NCBI RefSeq assembly: GCF_009914755.1
Contig: NC_060939.1
Source of the DNA: the human T2T-CHM13v2.0 reference genome, Homo sapiens
Direction: 5' to 3' (one strand)
Length of the DNA stretch: 64,000 bases
Part shown: positions 13,388-27,990 of the stretch, one piece after another
Layout: every line of letters begins with the position of its first letter
How positions within the stretch are numbered: the stretch's first letter is position 1
Notes under the pieces: model-generated
What the model saw: the letters and a program-made list of their open reading frames with translations, nothing else
The model's database searches: none
Told to the model about the DNA's origin: nothing
Translations under genes and position numbers: made by a program

Positions 13388-14247
13388 CCGTGGCATGACT
13401 GAGTCAATGTCAGATGGGTAGTTAGGTGAGAACTGAGTTTATTTCTTATTGTGCTGCTAATTAACTGAGTTGTTTTGGGCAAGTCCCATTTAAGTCCAGT
13501 TGAATCATTCATTCTCTCTCAAAATTTATTGGTGAAGGGCTGGGGGAAGCAGAGAATGAGGTTACATCAGTGAAAGAATCCTAGGGATTCTCAGTTTCTG
13601 AAGGCTGAGTGGAGAAGCTTCCCAGCAGAATGGACAGCCTGAGTGCTGCATAGAGAAGCCCAGAGGTTGGCACTGTGGGACCTTCACCCTAGGTACATCA
13701 CAGCAGCTCCAAGGCCTTTGTTTTATATCATGTGAGATACATACAATATTTCATGTTTAATTTTTTAAGTTTTCTTAAACAAAATATTTGAAAACCTCTG
13801 GATTTCATCATCTCTAAATTTCATGCCTGGTTCTCTAATTCTCCTCCTACTTATTCCTCATTAAAATGATTGGCCATGTTACCCCCTTCATTTATTAGGA
13901 TCTTTCAATACATCTATCAGAATCTAAGTGATTCCTTTCTTCTAGGGGAAGAGTAGTGAAGTAGACCAGTGCCTGTCATTCTTAGAGATATTTTCATTCT
14001 TAACTCACTCAACGACCTCACTAAATGATAATTTACTTCATCCAATGATGTAGAAAATGAAGCTTGAGAAAATACAATTTCTTCATTTTGGAAGAGACAA
14101 AGTCAGAAATTTCAGCTGTCTCTGCTGTCTCTGCAGGCCCCTGATCCTTTGCTTGTGGTACACCTTCCATGTCTGTCTTGTGAATCTGAGTATTTCTCCA
14201 AATAATGGAAAGTTTGTAAGACATTTAAATAAACCCAATATCTGGAG

Positions 14248-14645
14248 TGATATAATTTGGGTTAATCTCAGGTCGAATTGTAATCCCCAGTGTTGGAGGT
14301 AGAGCCTGGTGGGAGGCGACTGGATCATGGGAGTGGAGTTCTCATGAATGGGTTAGCGCTATCCCCTTGGTGCTGTTTTTCTGATAGTGAGTGAGTGAGT
14401 TCTGATTGTTTAACAGTGTGCAGCACCTCCTCCACTCTTTCTTCCTCCTGCTCCTGCCATGTAAGATGTATCTGTTTCCCCTTTGCCTTCCACCATGATT
14501 GTAAGTTTCCTGAGGCCTCTCCAGAAGCAGAAGCTGCTATGCTTTCTGTACAGCCTACAGAACCACGAGCCAATTATACCTCTTTTCTTTATAAATTAGC
14601 CAGTCTAGGTATTTCTTTATCACAGTGCAAGAATGGACTAATACA
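14248..14645 (+). mobile_element. MSTA-like MaLR solo LTR
   Basis: tgatataatttgg...gaatggactaataca. TSD TGGAG at 14243-14247 and 14646-14650. Confidence 0.93.
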
Positions 14646-15199
14646 TGGAGTTAAATTTCCTTTGGTGTTAAACACAGACAATCCAAGTTTTCTTCTCTCT
14701 AAACAGAGATTGTCTTTGAACAGTGATTCTAGGAATTTTGTGCTTTTCCCCATTTCTTCTCTGCTATGAATGGCAGTATAGAAATTTGGTTCTGGATTCT
14801 CTTTTTTCAAATAACAGTACCTTCAGCCTAATACAGAGCTGTGACCAAAGGAATGAGTCAGCACACAAACATATTTGTTGGGCTGAGACCACACTGTACT
14901 CCAATCCTCACTTTCCTATGACTAGATAAATATCTGCCCCCTGGGAAAGGGTGATTTTAAGAACACGTCCTTACTAGTCTATTTATAACAGTCATTAGAA
15001 GGGAGCAGATAGTCTTTGCCATTTGTCAGTCAACATTGAGACATAGCAGGTAAAATAGAGATGGGCGGGAGGATTCAATGAATAATAGTGACATAAACAA
15101 GATGGCATGAACAGACGGTGCTGGGATGAAGGACATGACCTTTTAAACTAGGCTGAAAACAGAAAACATTATACCATTGAAAACTGAGTGCTTTCAGAG

Positions 15200-16080
15200 C
15201 AGTCATTTATTTTTATGCAGCAGATATTGATTGAGAACATACCATGTACCAGGCACAGTTTCAGGCCTTAGATCAAATAAGGTTTTTCTCTTCTGTCTCT
15301 ATGGAGACTTCAGTAGATCTAATACACATATGTAATTGAAAAACTATCAATATTTCTGAAAGCTGCTTCCACCAAATTAGCCTGTAGAACTTTACATCTT
15401 CAGACAGCTAGGAGAAACCTCAGAAGCCCTCTTCTTCCCAAGGTTAACCTCCATGAGGGCATTGGTCACTGGGTCCCATTGATGAAGTTGTTCACTCTCT
15501 GATTTATTCATTCATTTACCAAATATTTATTGAACATATACTATGTGTTAGCACTCTGAGGGCCAGAAGTGTAACCCCAACTGGATGCAGTTCCTGTATT
15601 CATCAGGCATATATTTCAGTAGGAGAATCATTAATAAACAAATCAAATAGATTTTAAAAGTATTTAAGATTTTTAACCAATGCTATATAGCTATAAATTT
15701 CGGAGGCCTCTTACCTTTACATATGTAAGATGTTTGAATTAAGGAATGGGCCTTGATGTAGTTCCTTGCCAGCTTAGAACATTCATATACAGATTGATTA
15801 ATAAGTGCATTCAGTTATTCAACAAAGATTTATTGAATTCTGACTGGGATGAATACTATGTCAGGAATTGGATGCACAAGAGAGAATAAGACTGCCTTTC
15901 TGGATAAGGTTACTCAGATTCTAGTGGAAAAGACGGACATACAAAAAATAATCACTCCTAATTCGGATTCGAAATGTTTTGGGAGTTCTGGGGACAAAGT
16001 GCTTTGGAAGTAAAGCGGGAGAAGCTAACATTGCAAGTGAAATTGGGAAGACCCACAGAGGCACTGACTTGGCAGTTGGC
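15200..16080 (-). mobile_element. Three co-oriented L2 3'-end remnants
   Basis: Antisense L2 tail motif (cattcatt...aaatatttattga...tactatgtg..agcac) recurs near 15205, 15505 and 15810, each differently diverged. Confidence 0.6.
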
Positions 16081-18318
16081 TCTAACATGTTTTGGAACCC
16101 AAAGTACTAATTAGATCATTTTATTTCTGAGATGGGTAAAAGGATCAACCAAGAAAGAAAAAAAAATGAATTTGTATCTTCTCAATCTTCCAAAGCCTGG
16201 ATGCTAGGATTGAGGCAACACTGGGGGTAAACTTGAGATCCCCTTTTCTTTTCGTGATAAATTCATCGTTCCAGTTGCACATATGCAGACTCCACAAAAT
16301 CTTTGATAATGCTAAAAGGTCTCACACATGCTGGCAAAACCATAAAGACAAAAAGCTGATCACAGTCTCAAGGTGCTTTTTAGTCCTACAATAAACTGTA
16401 ACATCATTTGTTCCTGGAACAGGGAAACTGGGGTGCAGTACTACCGAGGCAGAGCTGACCTATGCAACTTCAGGTCTGACAGAGAGTCAGGCAGGACCTC
16501 CAGTCATGGTAATTGGGTAAACTCATAATAATGATGCTCCAGTTATGGAAACGTTTTTCAAGTCACCATTTTTTCCCCACCAAATTATATCTTTTATTGG
16601 TATTGAGAATTTGGGTTCTTTATCATTCCAGAAAGAAACTATGGCTTTGAAACTTTTTTCCAAGCTAGCCCGTCCCAGAAAAAAAATGTTTGTTATAGAG
16701 ATGTTACTGTTATTTGGGCTCAAAGATAAGCATGCCCCAACCCATCACACTCTTTCAGTCCTCCCACACATCTCATGAGGCTGTCTTATTGGGTAATCTG
16801 CAGAATCGTTCTTTCTAGCTAGAGGAACACACTCTTCAGAGAGAACCACAGAAGCTAATTGAGGAGACATACGTCTCAAAAAGGCTGCCCTTATTGCTCA
16901 GGGGGAGATAATACAACTCTGGGGAGATACTTTATAAGTCTTGGCATTCATAGAAACTGTCGTTTTTTGAACAGCTGGAGCTGGTGGCTTGGAAGCACAG
17001 AATCCACATGGGGCAGCAAGCAAAGTTCAATTTCCTTGTAGACTTCACTCCTATCCAGCACCAAATAGCATGGATTATGCTCTTTAAAATCCTTAAAAGA
17101 CAGCACTGAATGCTGCCCTCTGTGTTTCTGGTCAAAGAGACAATCGTTAGCTTCAGAAATAAAGCCCAGGATCACAGTCAACTTATTTATAAGATGCTGC
17201 AAATTTATGAAATCAGGAGTAACTAATACTCAGGCTCCATTAACTTTTAAATTTTAGTTGTGCTTTCTACAGCAAGGGTAAAATTTCATCCCAAACTACA
17301 GACATCACAGATCAGATGAGAGTGGTTCCAAATATGTCTCTAGAGTGGAGACTCTTTTTCCCATAAAAGAAAAAACTTTTAAATAAATACATGAATGTGT
17401 ACCTGTGTGCATATGTGTATGTGTGCTGTGTTCTGGTGGCATTGAGCTGATGGTGGGCACAGGGGTTGCTGACAACTTATTATGCACATTGCTTAATATG
17501 AATTCCTTTAAGTGGTTTATCAGATGCATTTTCCTTTGCAAAGCAGGCTGGGCTTGTAATTGTGAGTCTAGACACTGCACTCCAACAGATCTTATTTCAA
17601 AGTTTGTCTCTGCTCTTTTCAAGCTGTGTCATTGCTGTGTCACCTCACTATCCTCTACATTGTAAAATGGGTATGATAATAATACGTATTTTTCAGGGGA
17701 TCCTGGCAAGACAAAGCTAGACATAAAAGTACGTGGCACAGTGCTTAGCCTGCAGTAAGGGTTCATGCATGTTAACAAGTATTTTTATCTTCACACAAGT
17801 TGATGAAGAGACTACGGTGCAATGACTATCTCACCCTGCAGAGAAAATGGAAGACTGGAGAAACTAAAAGAGCCGCTTAAGATCAGAGAGCCTGTCAAGG
17901 CCAAGGGTAGAACTACGATCCCTATCCTGCTTTTAAGCTGATACAGGCTCATATCTGTAAATGATAGTATTTGTTCTTCAGGGAAATCACTTTAAATAAA
18001 CTATTATTCGTAATTCAGTCTCATACACTACTTAGAAACAATATGTATGATATAACTATAAAGCATCCTTTTTAGGGCCTTGTATAACATTTATTATACA
18101 AAATCTATATAATGGAGGGGATAAAAATCTCAATTTTTAAGATATTTGAATTTCAAATTTTGTATACATACACACACATACTCATGTGTAATCAAATTTT
18201 ATTACAAGTTAATATTATGACTAAAAATAAGGTATGTATTTGGATGTATTAAGAAAGTTACCTTATGACTTATCCAGAGCTTTAAATTCATTCCATTCTC
18301 TTAAAAGTTTTTAAAATT

Positions 18319-18669
<351 letters not shown>

Positions 18670-18689
18670 CTACCATGGCTTGGAGATAC

Positions 18690-18790
18690 ATATTTATCCA
18701 TGTATATGAACATATACATATGTGTATATATATATGCATGTTTGTATACTGTGTGTATACGTGTGTGTATATATAGAAATTATACACACC
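18690..18790. repeat. (TA/TG/CA)n low-complexity tract
   Basis: catatacatatgtgtatatatatatgcatgtttgtatactgtgtgtatacgtgtgtgtatatata. Confidence 0.8.
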
Positions 18791-21700
18791 TTTTCTTCTC
18801 TCTTTCCCACTCATATGGATCCTCACTTGAATTTTCCTTGAGTTTTCAACAATGATTAGGCACTCTAAATGAAAAAAAATTCTCAGCTGTTTCTTTAATC
18901 AAAACAAGCTTAGACTTCTTTTTTGATCCAATTTAGAGAAAATTTCTTTTGTCTAAGTGCGACTGTCATTTCGCACCATCATATCTAGACTTTGGAAAAT
19001 CAGCATGTAGAGTCAAACAAATAAACCAACATCAGCTTCATAGTCCCAATGAGAAGAAAAATAACTACAATTAATTTTTTTAATACTAAGAAAGATGTAT
19101 ATTGTTTGCTTGTTTACTTTTATCAAAGCTTGTCCTTTGAGGATGGCTGGAATCTCTTCGAACATTTTCATCTCAGTGGCATGCCACTTTGGAATCTGAA
19201 TAGAAGCTTCCTGAAAATATTATTTTTGGAAAACTGACACTAATTGAAAGTCAACACTAATAATATAAGGCAGTCATCAGCAACGCAAAGTGATTGGAAT
19301 GAGCAGAGTTTATGAAGTTGAGCCAGGGCATCTGGAGCCCTTTTTTGTGAGCAGGGACTGTTCTTTCAATCAAAGAGCCAGTGCTGGGCCTGGGAAGAGT
19401 GTCTGGAATAACCCTTGTCCCCATCAATTCTTTCAACCTCATTGTTTATTATCTTGCTTATGAATTACTTTACTTATTATTAATTCAAGATGAAACATGC
19501 CTTGTCTATCTTGACATGACTGATTTTAGAAAAACTTAACAAATCTTTACTGAATGTTGTACCAGGTATGGAAGCTATGGAGTTGAATCAAACATGAATA
19601 TAGATGTGGGCATAAGTAGCTTCAATTTGATCTGGTATGGTCCAAGTGCAATGGCAATATGGAAGAAGGAAGAGAAGGAAAGATAACTGCAGTCTCCTTG
19701 GGAATAAGGGTCCCAACGTTTACTAGCTAATATAATCAGTACCCAGCTTTATGTGTAGAACATAATAGATGCTCAATAAATTTTGTGGGAGAGAAGGAGA
19801 ATGTAAGGAAGCATTTAGTCACAACTCAAAAGCTCACACTGTCTTGGAGATTCTTTACAGATAACTTGAGTTTCTCCTGATATAAGAGGAGCAGAAAAGA
19901 AGAAGAGTTATTCCAGTAAAAACCACCAGTGCTGGGAAATAGGGCCTAGACAGATCATAGCAATAGTAAAGACAAAAGTTTCCTATGACCAGAGAATAGA
20001 GTTGGTAATATATATTAGTAGACGTTGAGGTTGTAAAAACTAGAGAACAAAGGTCCTATGTGGACAGTGCTGAAAATTAGGGGAATTAACCTACAGGAAA
20101 TAAGAATAACAATCAAGTAGTGAGCCTCAAGCCTGGAGACCCAGTGAGAAGGACACTCTGAACAGCTTTCCTATCTGCCAGAGCTGATTGTTTTACTTGC
20201 TGGCCTGAGTTCTCATTATCCTAAGAGAGGGAAGTTTTATGGGGCTGAAGATTTCAGTGGGTAGAGTGTGGATTGGCCTTAGATTTACTTAGCAATGTTG
20301 GCAACGCACATGAAGAGCTGGAGCTAAGAAATAGATTCAAGAAAACAGGACAAAAATAAATCATTTTTTAAATTTTAAAATGGATGCTCTTCACTCAGGG
20401 TGGATGATATTCAAGTCATGACCATGTAAAAGCTGCTTTTGGTGAAGTCCCCTTAACTCCTCCTCTTTCAAACAATGCATACACATGTCAGCAATACCAG
20501 GCTTTCTAAATTGTTTTAAGGTAGGGCTGCTAGTGGGGGTTATTTGAAATTGGAGCTTGATTGCAAATGTATAATTTAAAAACACTCTAGTAGCAATTAC
20601 CTAGTCTTTTACTGAAGAAAGGATGCCCTCCCAAGACACCAGCTTTCCTGAGTGATTGGAATCTGAGATTCCAGATGCAGGATGCTGAGCAGCTCCCAAG
20701 GAAGGGGATGAGACAAATACGCTGTATGAATAGGAATAATGATGTGGACTCTACTGTTTTTGTATCAACAATATTTAGGAGGCCTACCCTTATGATACTA
20801 GAAAAGAAATTACTTGTATATGAAATAAGTTAAAATGAAAGGGTTAACCTGATAGAAGAAAGTCTTATATTGCCCCTTTAAAGATGCAAATGCAACTCTC
20901 AGAATATTGTTGATTACATCACGGTGAGAGGTAATCAAACAGGTAACGTTTGAACCTGTGACTTTCCAAGGGAGGGAAGGAGATGGTGTGATAGTTCCAG
21001 TTGACACCTCTTGCTTCAGTTGCTAACTCAGAATGATCACATCTTTGAAAAACCATGATGATAAACAGCGGAGGGCCCTCATATACATGTTCGAACCATG
21101 TAACCACTAGCCATAGCTGTGTGATACAGAGCAGGCTCTCCCCAACTTTTTTTTTTTTTCTCATTGCTAGAAGCTACCAAAGCAATGTTCCTGCAGCAGA
21201 TGGGTGGAAAATGTTGGTTAACTGGTTAAGAACTGGTTCTGCATATTTTGCAAACTAGTTTGCATCCACTTCATGACCTCCACTGTGGCTGTATTAATAC
21301 TGCCCAGAAAAAAAAAAAAATGTTTCTTTTTTGCTGTTACCTGGCACACTTAACTCAACGTGAGACTTGATGAATCAACCTTTAATAAATCAATAAAGAA
21401 CTGTCAGTAAGCGTTCTATATCTGCAAGGGCTAGTGCCAGGAAGGCAAGGAGATGCCCAGCAGCGAAACACGTTTGAGACATCAACTAATGAGGAAGCAA
21501 TTGGAAGCTACCTCCTGTTTCACCTGGGAGCTTCACTGGTCACCTTTCCTTATTCTCTTCCTTCCTGCAAAAGAGATTTGAGGTGGTTTGATGAGGAAAT
21601 TGTCACCCTTGTGGCTGCTGATTTTGTTTTGTGTAAATCAAGGTGTGCGACCTCTCCTCTCAACTCAAAGAATTATAACATTTTCTGAGATCATCAGATG

Positions 21701-23010
21701 ACCAGGTTCCCCTTTGATTCTTTCCAGAGGTATTGATGAAATGCATGATTCAGTTTCTTTGGCTTCTGGAATTTCCCATACTGTTGTTTTTGGGGAGTAA
21801 AGGAGTTGCAACATTGAAACTATGCAGAGTACTGGGTTCAGAGTGAGTTGAGTTTTGTGTTTCATTGAGATGTCCCGTAGAGGTTACCACCTCTCATGGC
21901 ACCCTGTGGTGGAAAAAAACGACTAGACTAGGAGCCTGGACCACTGGGTTCTAATTGCAGTTTTGACACTAACTTGAGCCAGGGCCAACCTTACTGGACT
22001 TCATTCTCTCTGACATAAAATGAGGGGTCCTGTTTCTTTTTGCTCTGGTGCTGCCTTCAACAGCAGCAGGGGAGATGCTGTTAGTCAGTGGATGCAGGAA
22101 CCGGCCACTACATAGAACTCTGGGATGTGTGCCTTGGTTTAGAATGTTCCTTCTTTATTTTCTTTCCAATTAGTTTTATGTGTCTATTTATTTTCTTCAA
22201 CAAGTTCATAATTTCATTTCTTTTTTTGTTGTTGTTTATATTCCTCTCTGTTTCCACCCAAACCCTACGGCGCTCCACACTCTGAAAATCTGCTTGATTT
22301 TTAAATCCATCTGCATTGAATTATTTATAGTTTTGATAAAGTCCTGTTTTGTCTGATGTTTATTTTCTTTAATAACAAGAAACCTGGGTGAACTTTTCCA
22401 AAAGCCCAAAAAAGGAGTCTAGTTTTCCAAGATGCTAAGCAACCCTGGCCAAAATGCACAAAACAAGCCTTGGGTGCCCTTGCTTTCGTAATTTGGGTTT
22501 TTCCCCTCTATTAAACATTCTTTCATCTAAATGTGTTATGAGGAGAGAAAAAGTAAATAAATTCTTTGAGCATGGACTCTACCCAGGACACAATTGTGTG
22601 CCTCTCATCACTAGCCAATGCCTTTGCTTCCATCGCTTCTAGACCAATAACGATACCTCAGTCTACGAGGGAAATCCTGGATTGTGATTGGCAGGTATGG
22701 TCACATGATAAAGATGCTCAGACAATTATTCTCTGTGTCTTTTTACTCCTCATTCTCCATGAAAACAACTTAACTCAATGTCTGCTATTCCTATGTTGAT
22801 TTCCTTTTGTGGATTTTTCCATTGTTACCTCTCTAGCTAATTTTTCATATCACTCATATCCCTGGTTACTTTGAGCCTTTGTAGCTAAATAGTCCTCAGA
22901 CTCATGGCCCCTTTTAAGAACACATTTTCCCCTCCTTTGCCTTATACCATTCCATCTAATGGTTCCTGAATTAAATTAGTTAGTTTGGGCATTGGAGCTG
23001 TGTCAATAGA

Positions 23011-23960
23011 GGGTGGGTGGGAGAGGGAAATTTTCAGACTTTAGTATGAGATAAACACACTCCCTAACACACACACTCACATATGCCATATGTAGCTACA
23101 CATACAGAACTCTAAAACAGGATGATGGCTAGTTCTGCAAGATGACCAAAGATTGGAAAAAAGAACAGAACAAGCACATAACACCAGAGGGTGTAACTTA
23201 GCGCCAATCAGAGTAATTGAGAATACTGCATGAGGCAAAAACAAACAGAATGCTCATATTATGAACCGTTTTCATGGTATTTTAAAATTTTTTAGGTGAA
23301 AAATATAGTTTTATTTCTTCACCTTGCCTTTTATCTCCTCTTTTCCTCCTTGCGTGTGTGTGCCCACGTGCGCATGTGTGTATGCCACCCCCCCAGCCCC
23401 CACCCCTTTCCAATCCTTCCTTTAAGGTTTAATTTAACAATAACATTTGCGATTGGGGTCCCGCGCATCTCAAGGGCATTGCGCTTGAAATTGCACACAC
23501 TCTGCACCATTTATCATAGGCTGACATGTGTCATGCTTCAGACTGTGGCTCCAAGAGGTTACAGCTGACGACTGCTCCTTTGTTGATCAGCTGCCGAGAC
23601 AACTGAGGCACCTTTCTTCCCTTCTCCTTTCATTTTTTTTCCTTCTTCTTATTAAAGCTGTCTCAGCCCCTTTTTGAAGGCCTAACACACCCTTCGCAGA
23701 AGAAGAAACACAAAAGAATTTGTATTGTGTTGGATGCTATGTCCCTCATTTCCTGAGATTTCTGATGGGGGCCACTTGGTGTTTAATAAGATTGGAATGC
23801 ACCTCTAATAAACTTTCATCTTTGTGGAGAGAGAAACGGAAAAGGCCATTAAAGCAACAACCTGGCTTTGTTTCCAAGCGGACAGCGGTCTGTGCAGGAT
23901 GCGAACATTTTGGAACCCTGACCAGATCCCAGTCACGCCGACAGAAGCTACCCACATCCT
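23011..23960. promoter_or_regulatory. Candidate cis-regulatory element (unique, CpG-retaining, motif-dense)
   Basis: No recognisable repeat. Contains CCAAT/ATTGG, CACGTG, two CAGCTG, CCTTTGTT, TGACATGTGTCA and G4 motifs. Function is inferred only. Confidence 0.4.
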
Positions 23961-24389
23961 TTCTTCAGAGTATGCTCTTTCCAAAGTATGGTCCTTGTTT
24001 CATGCTATCTTCTGAGCCAGCTTGGATTTGAACTTTACCCTGTGAGCTCCTTTTATGCAAGTTCAAGTATTGAAGTAAAAGGTGCAGGACTTTGTGTTAC
24101 TTTGTGTTACCAGCAGAAGGCTTCAGCAGTCTCCCCTACCAAACTCACCCCCTTTCCAACCTTTCATGGGAACTTGGGCTGAAGGAGTTGTTTGGAACAG
24201 TTTTAAGTGGAGGCTAACTATTAATACATATTTATAGGGTGTCTCCCGTGTGGCCAGTTTTGTCCTAAGGTATTTTAAAGCCAGGACTCCCCACTGTAGG
24301 TTTCCTTCTGCTGAAGGACAGAGGTTCAGGCTTGTTATGGTTTCCAAACAGATTTCCCACGAATTCTCCTCATTTCCTCAGCCCTTCCT

Positions 24390-24722
24390 CTCGAGTTCAC
24401 ATTGGACCTTCCCCTACGTCCCTCCCTTTGCCCCTGCAGCAGGATGGCAGGCCACTCTTTTCCCCAGTGTGCCCCTTCCCATCTTCAGTGCTGTGCTCCG
24501 ACACCACCTTTTCAGCTCAAAGCATGCTCCCCTCACTGCTCCCCTTGCACTGCCCCCTTTTCTCTGCAGAGCTTGCCCCAGTTGTGATATTCATTTTTGC
24601 ACTTTATTACGAAATAAAGACTGTGATCTTCTTTCGGTTTTGCCCACCATTGGCCTCTCCATGCCTGGCCCAGTTGCCTAGCACACGGTGGGCCCTCCCT
24701 CAAATTATTTGTTGACTGAGTG
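24390..24722 (+). mobile_element. L2 3' remnant
   Basis: Ends catgcctggcccagttgcctagcacacggtgggccctccctcaaattatttgttgactgagtg (L2 tail). Confidence 0.6.
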
Positions 24723-25019
24723 CATAAAAAATGTTGTGAAAACCCTTCCTAGGGGATACCGAAAGGGAGATGTAGATCTGCAATTCAGCCAGAACTTCCC
24801 TTACTTCTTAACTATTTCGGCAGCTGTGGTCCCAACTTCCTCCGGCCATACCACCTTCAGTCATTTTAGTGAGCTCTTACCTCTAAGAATTGAAGCGCTC
24901 ATTACAGAACCAGGGACTTGGTGAGAACACCAAGGGGTCTTGCTGGAGTGTGTATAGTTTACAGAAACACGTACTCACAAAATTTCTCTTCCACTGCTGA
25001 GATTTATCAGGAAGAAAGT

Positions 25020-25390
25020 GTGCTAGCTTGAGGATAGGGAAGCAGTCCTTTAGGAAGCATGAAGACAGACAAGTTGTCAAGCATCGGGCAAATTTCGGAG
25101 ACTACACAGATGGTAAGACACAACCTCTGCTCACAAATCGACTTGCTCACAAGTCTAGGAGAGGCAATAGTGAATTTCAAAACAACACAGGGGTCTCACC
25201 AGGGAGTTATGGGCAAGTAGAGATAGCCCGCTGACACAGTGACAGACTTCATGGAGGTTTCATAGGCTCACTGAGGCTGAGTCTTTAGGGAAGAAGTGAA
25301 GCATCAATGAGGTGGATAAGGGTAAACGATGTCCCCGGAGGAGGGTACCGCCTGGATAAAGGCCTGGGGCTGTGCTAGTGCACAGTGATC
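25020..25390 (-). mobile_element. L2 remnant
   Basis: aagacacaacctctgctcacaaatcgacttgctcacaagtctaggagaggca...gacttcatggagg...gaggctgagtctt. Confidence 0.55.
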
Positions 25391-27349
25391 AGTCTTTGCC
25401 CCATTTCAATTGCATCTTTTGCAGGACTGAAGGCACCATTTGATGTGCTTTGGGATCTTTCAAGGCATAAATGTGAAGTGGAATGGGATTACCCAACCCT
25501 CAACAGCAGATAAGAGTCTCCCATAGCTTCTATCTCAGAATTTTCTAAGGGATCATCACCACAATGCATCCCTGAAACCAACAAATAATGACTGCTTCTC
25601 TTAAGTTAGGTAAAAATTGAATGTGATGATTTGTGTGTGTATGTATCTCAGGAGGACAGAAAGAGAGAAATAGATACAATAGTGAGTGAGTTTTATATTA
25701 TAGTGGCAATAGGTACAATTCTTGAGGGTTCCTGCTATGCCAAAACATCGCATCTTAAAGTGAACAATTCAATCATCAACTGGTTGTTTTGTTTCTATGA
25801 CGCCAAACATCAGGGTTGTTTCCAACCATTTCCGTGTTAGGAATCATTTAGACAATACACTGAGATGATTCATTTTTCATCCAGATAGCTTAGGGTCCTG
25901 AAAGATACATCCTAATTGTCATTTAATTTGAGACCAATACTTTAGCATATTGCTGAATAAAAAAGGGAGGCATTGGAAAGACTGGGGAAAGGATTTCAAG
26001 TATAAAATCTGAACATATAAGTCAGAAAGAACTGAATCCCTTCTTATTCTGCCACATATTTAGCCAGTTTCATGTCTGCAAAAGTATAATTGTTATTCTT
26101 ACTTTTATAAAAGAGTGTAATGTCAGAATTATGATTTGCCTCCCCAAACAATGGGGTTATTTTCAAAATTGATAAAAGACCATAGAATCTTTAAGTCAAA
26201 TGTATCACCATTATCAAGTAGGTGTTTTTTGGTTTTTATTGTTACTTGATTTTCATTGGAATCTTAAAAATAACCTAGAACAATTTCACATTCTTCTCTT
26301 ATTGAAAAAGGAACCTGGCTGAGATATCAGCTCCTGGGTATTGAGAGGGAGGTGGCTCAAAGACTCAAGAGGTCATCTGATTCCTGAAAGGGGAAGGTGA
26401 CACCAGAACAAACAAGTAAAATCAGAAAACAGATAAGGCATAATAATAAGCTGGAAAGTATTTAAAAGCAATCAAGTGAAGATGTTGAGAATATTATACA
26501 AAAGAATAATGATATTTGTACAGTAGGTAAAATATAGATTACAATTTATAACAGGATACAGGAAGGAGACAGGAATTGTTTATGGGACCTTGTGACAGAA
26601 TTTCAACAAATCTCAGTTAAAAGCTTTCTCTTTGCCTTGGCATTGATTCCTGGGCAACTCTGGCAGCTACATCAGATGAAATAAAATGCCCAGGCTGGCA
26701 AACATCACAGGGTCCAAGGAACAGAACTTGATGTATCCAGATTCAGCTGTGATATCTATGTTTTGTCCAGTTCACCTACTAAGTCAGAAGCCTCATTGCC
26801 TCTCAGCTTGAGACCACTTAACAGGGAGAGGCTTATTTTTGGAAAGTTTCTAGTATTTTATTTTTCTTTTTTAAATATCAAGTGGTTTAAGTGAACTTTA
26901 AGTTGACCTCTTCACAGTCTCCATCCCAAGGTGATTTTTTTAAGGTACCAGATTAAAAAATACATGTGTAAATGAAGGTAATAATTGAACAATATTATCT
27001 CAGAAGCCTTCTTACTGTATGAACCAGACTCGTACTGCAGTTTAATGAATAACATTACTGCTAGTTTGTACCTACTTCATAAGTTGCTGTGAGGATTTAA
27101 TGAATTAATACATCTAGAGTACTGGGAACAGTACTTGGCACATAGTAGAGGTTACAATATGTTAGCTATTGTTATCATCATTGTTATGGCAAGGGAGTTG
27201 ATGGATAAATGGGACTGCTATGTGTGTCTCCATACTCCTTGATACAATTGCCTAAAATTTTCCTGGCACAATCCTACCCTTATGCCCATCCCCTCTTCCT
27301 TTCTAGGCTAATCTTCCTTTAGACGCTTGACTCTCTGTCCCTTTTATTA

Positions 27350-27990
27350 GTGATGACCACTAATATTTATTACACACTCACTATGTGCTGGACGCTGAGC
27401 TAAATATATAACATGCTTCTCGTTTAATCTCCCCAAAAACTTGTAAGGTAGGCACCATTGTTTTTCTCGTTTTACATGTGAGGAAATTGAGTGATACAGT
27501 TTGGGTCTGTGTCCCTGCCCTAATCTCACGTAGAATTGCAATCCCCAGTGCTGGAGGTGGGATCTGGTTGGAGGTGATTGGATCATGGGGGCAGATTTCC
27601 CCTTTGGTGCTATTCTCATGGTAGTGAATTATCTGAGATCTGGTTGTTTAAAGTGTGTAGCACCCTCCCCCTTCTCTCTCTCCCTCCTGCTCTGGCCATG
27701 TAACTAAGAGATGTCTGCTTCCCCTTTACCTTCCAGCATGATTGTAAGTTTCCAGAGGCCTCACAGCCATGTTTCCTGTACAGCCTGTAGAACTGTTAGC
27801 TAATTAAACCTCATTTCTTTATAAATTACCCAGCCTCAGGTATTACTTTATAGGAATGCAAGAATGGACTAATACACTCAGCTTTATGAAGATTAACGAA
27901 TTTGCACAAAGTTGTACCACTCATATGAGCTAACCTGGGATTCAATTCCAGGAAGGCTAATGCCAGGGCCAGAGTTCTCACCAGCAGCCA
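27350..27990 (-). mobile_element. MIR split by an MSTA LTR
   Basis: ttttacatgtgaggaaattgag before the LTR; gattaacgaatttgcacaaag...ctgggattcaattccagg after it. Confidence 0.7.
27492..27876 (+). mobile_element. MSTA-like MaLR solo LTR
   Basis: tgatacagtttggg...gaatggactaataca; degenerate TSD ttgag/ctcag. Confidence 0.92.
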
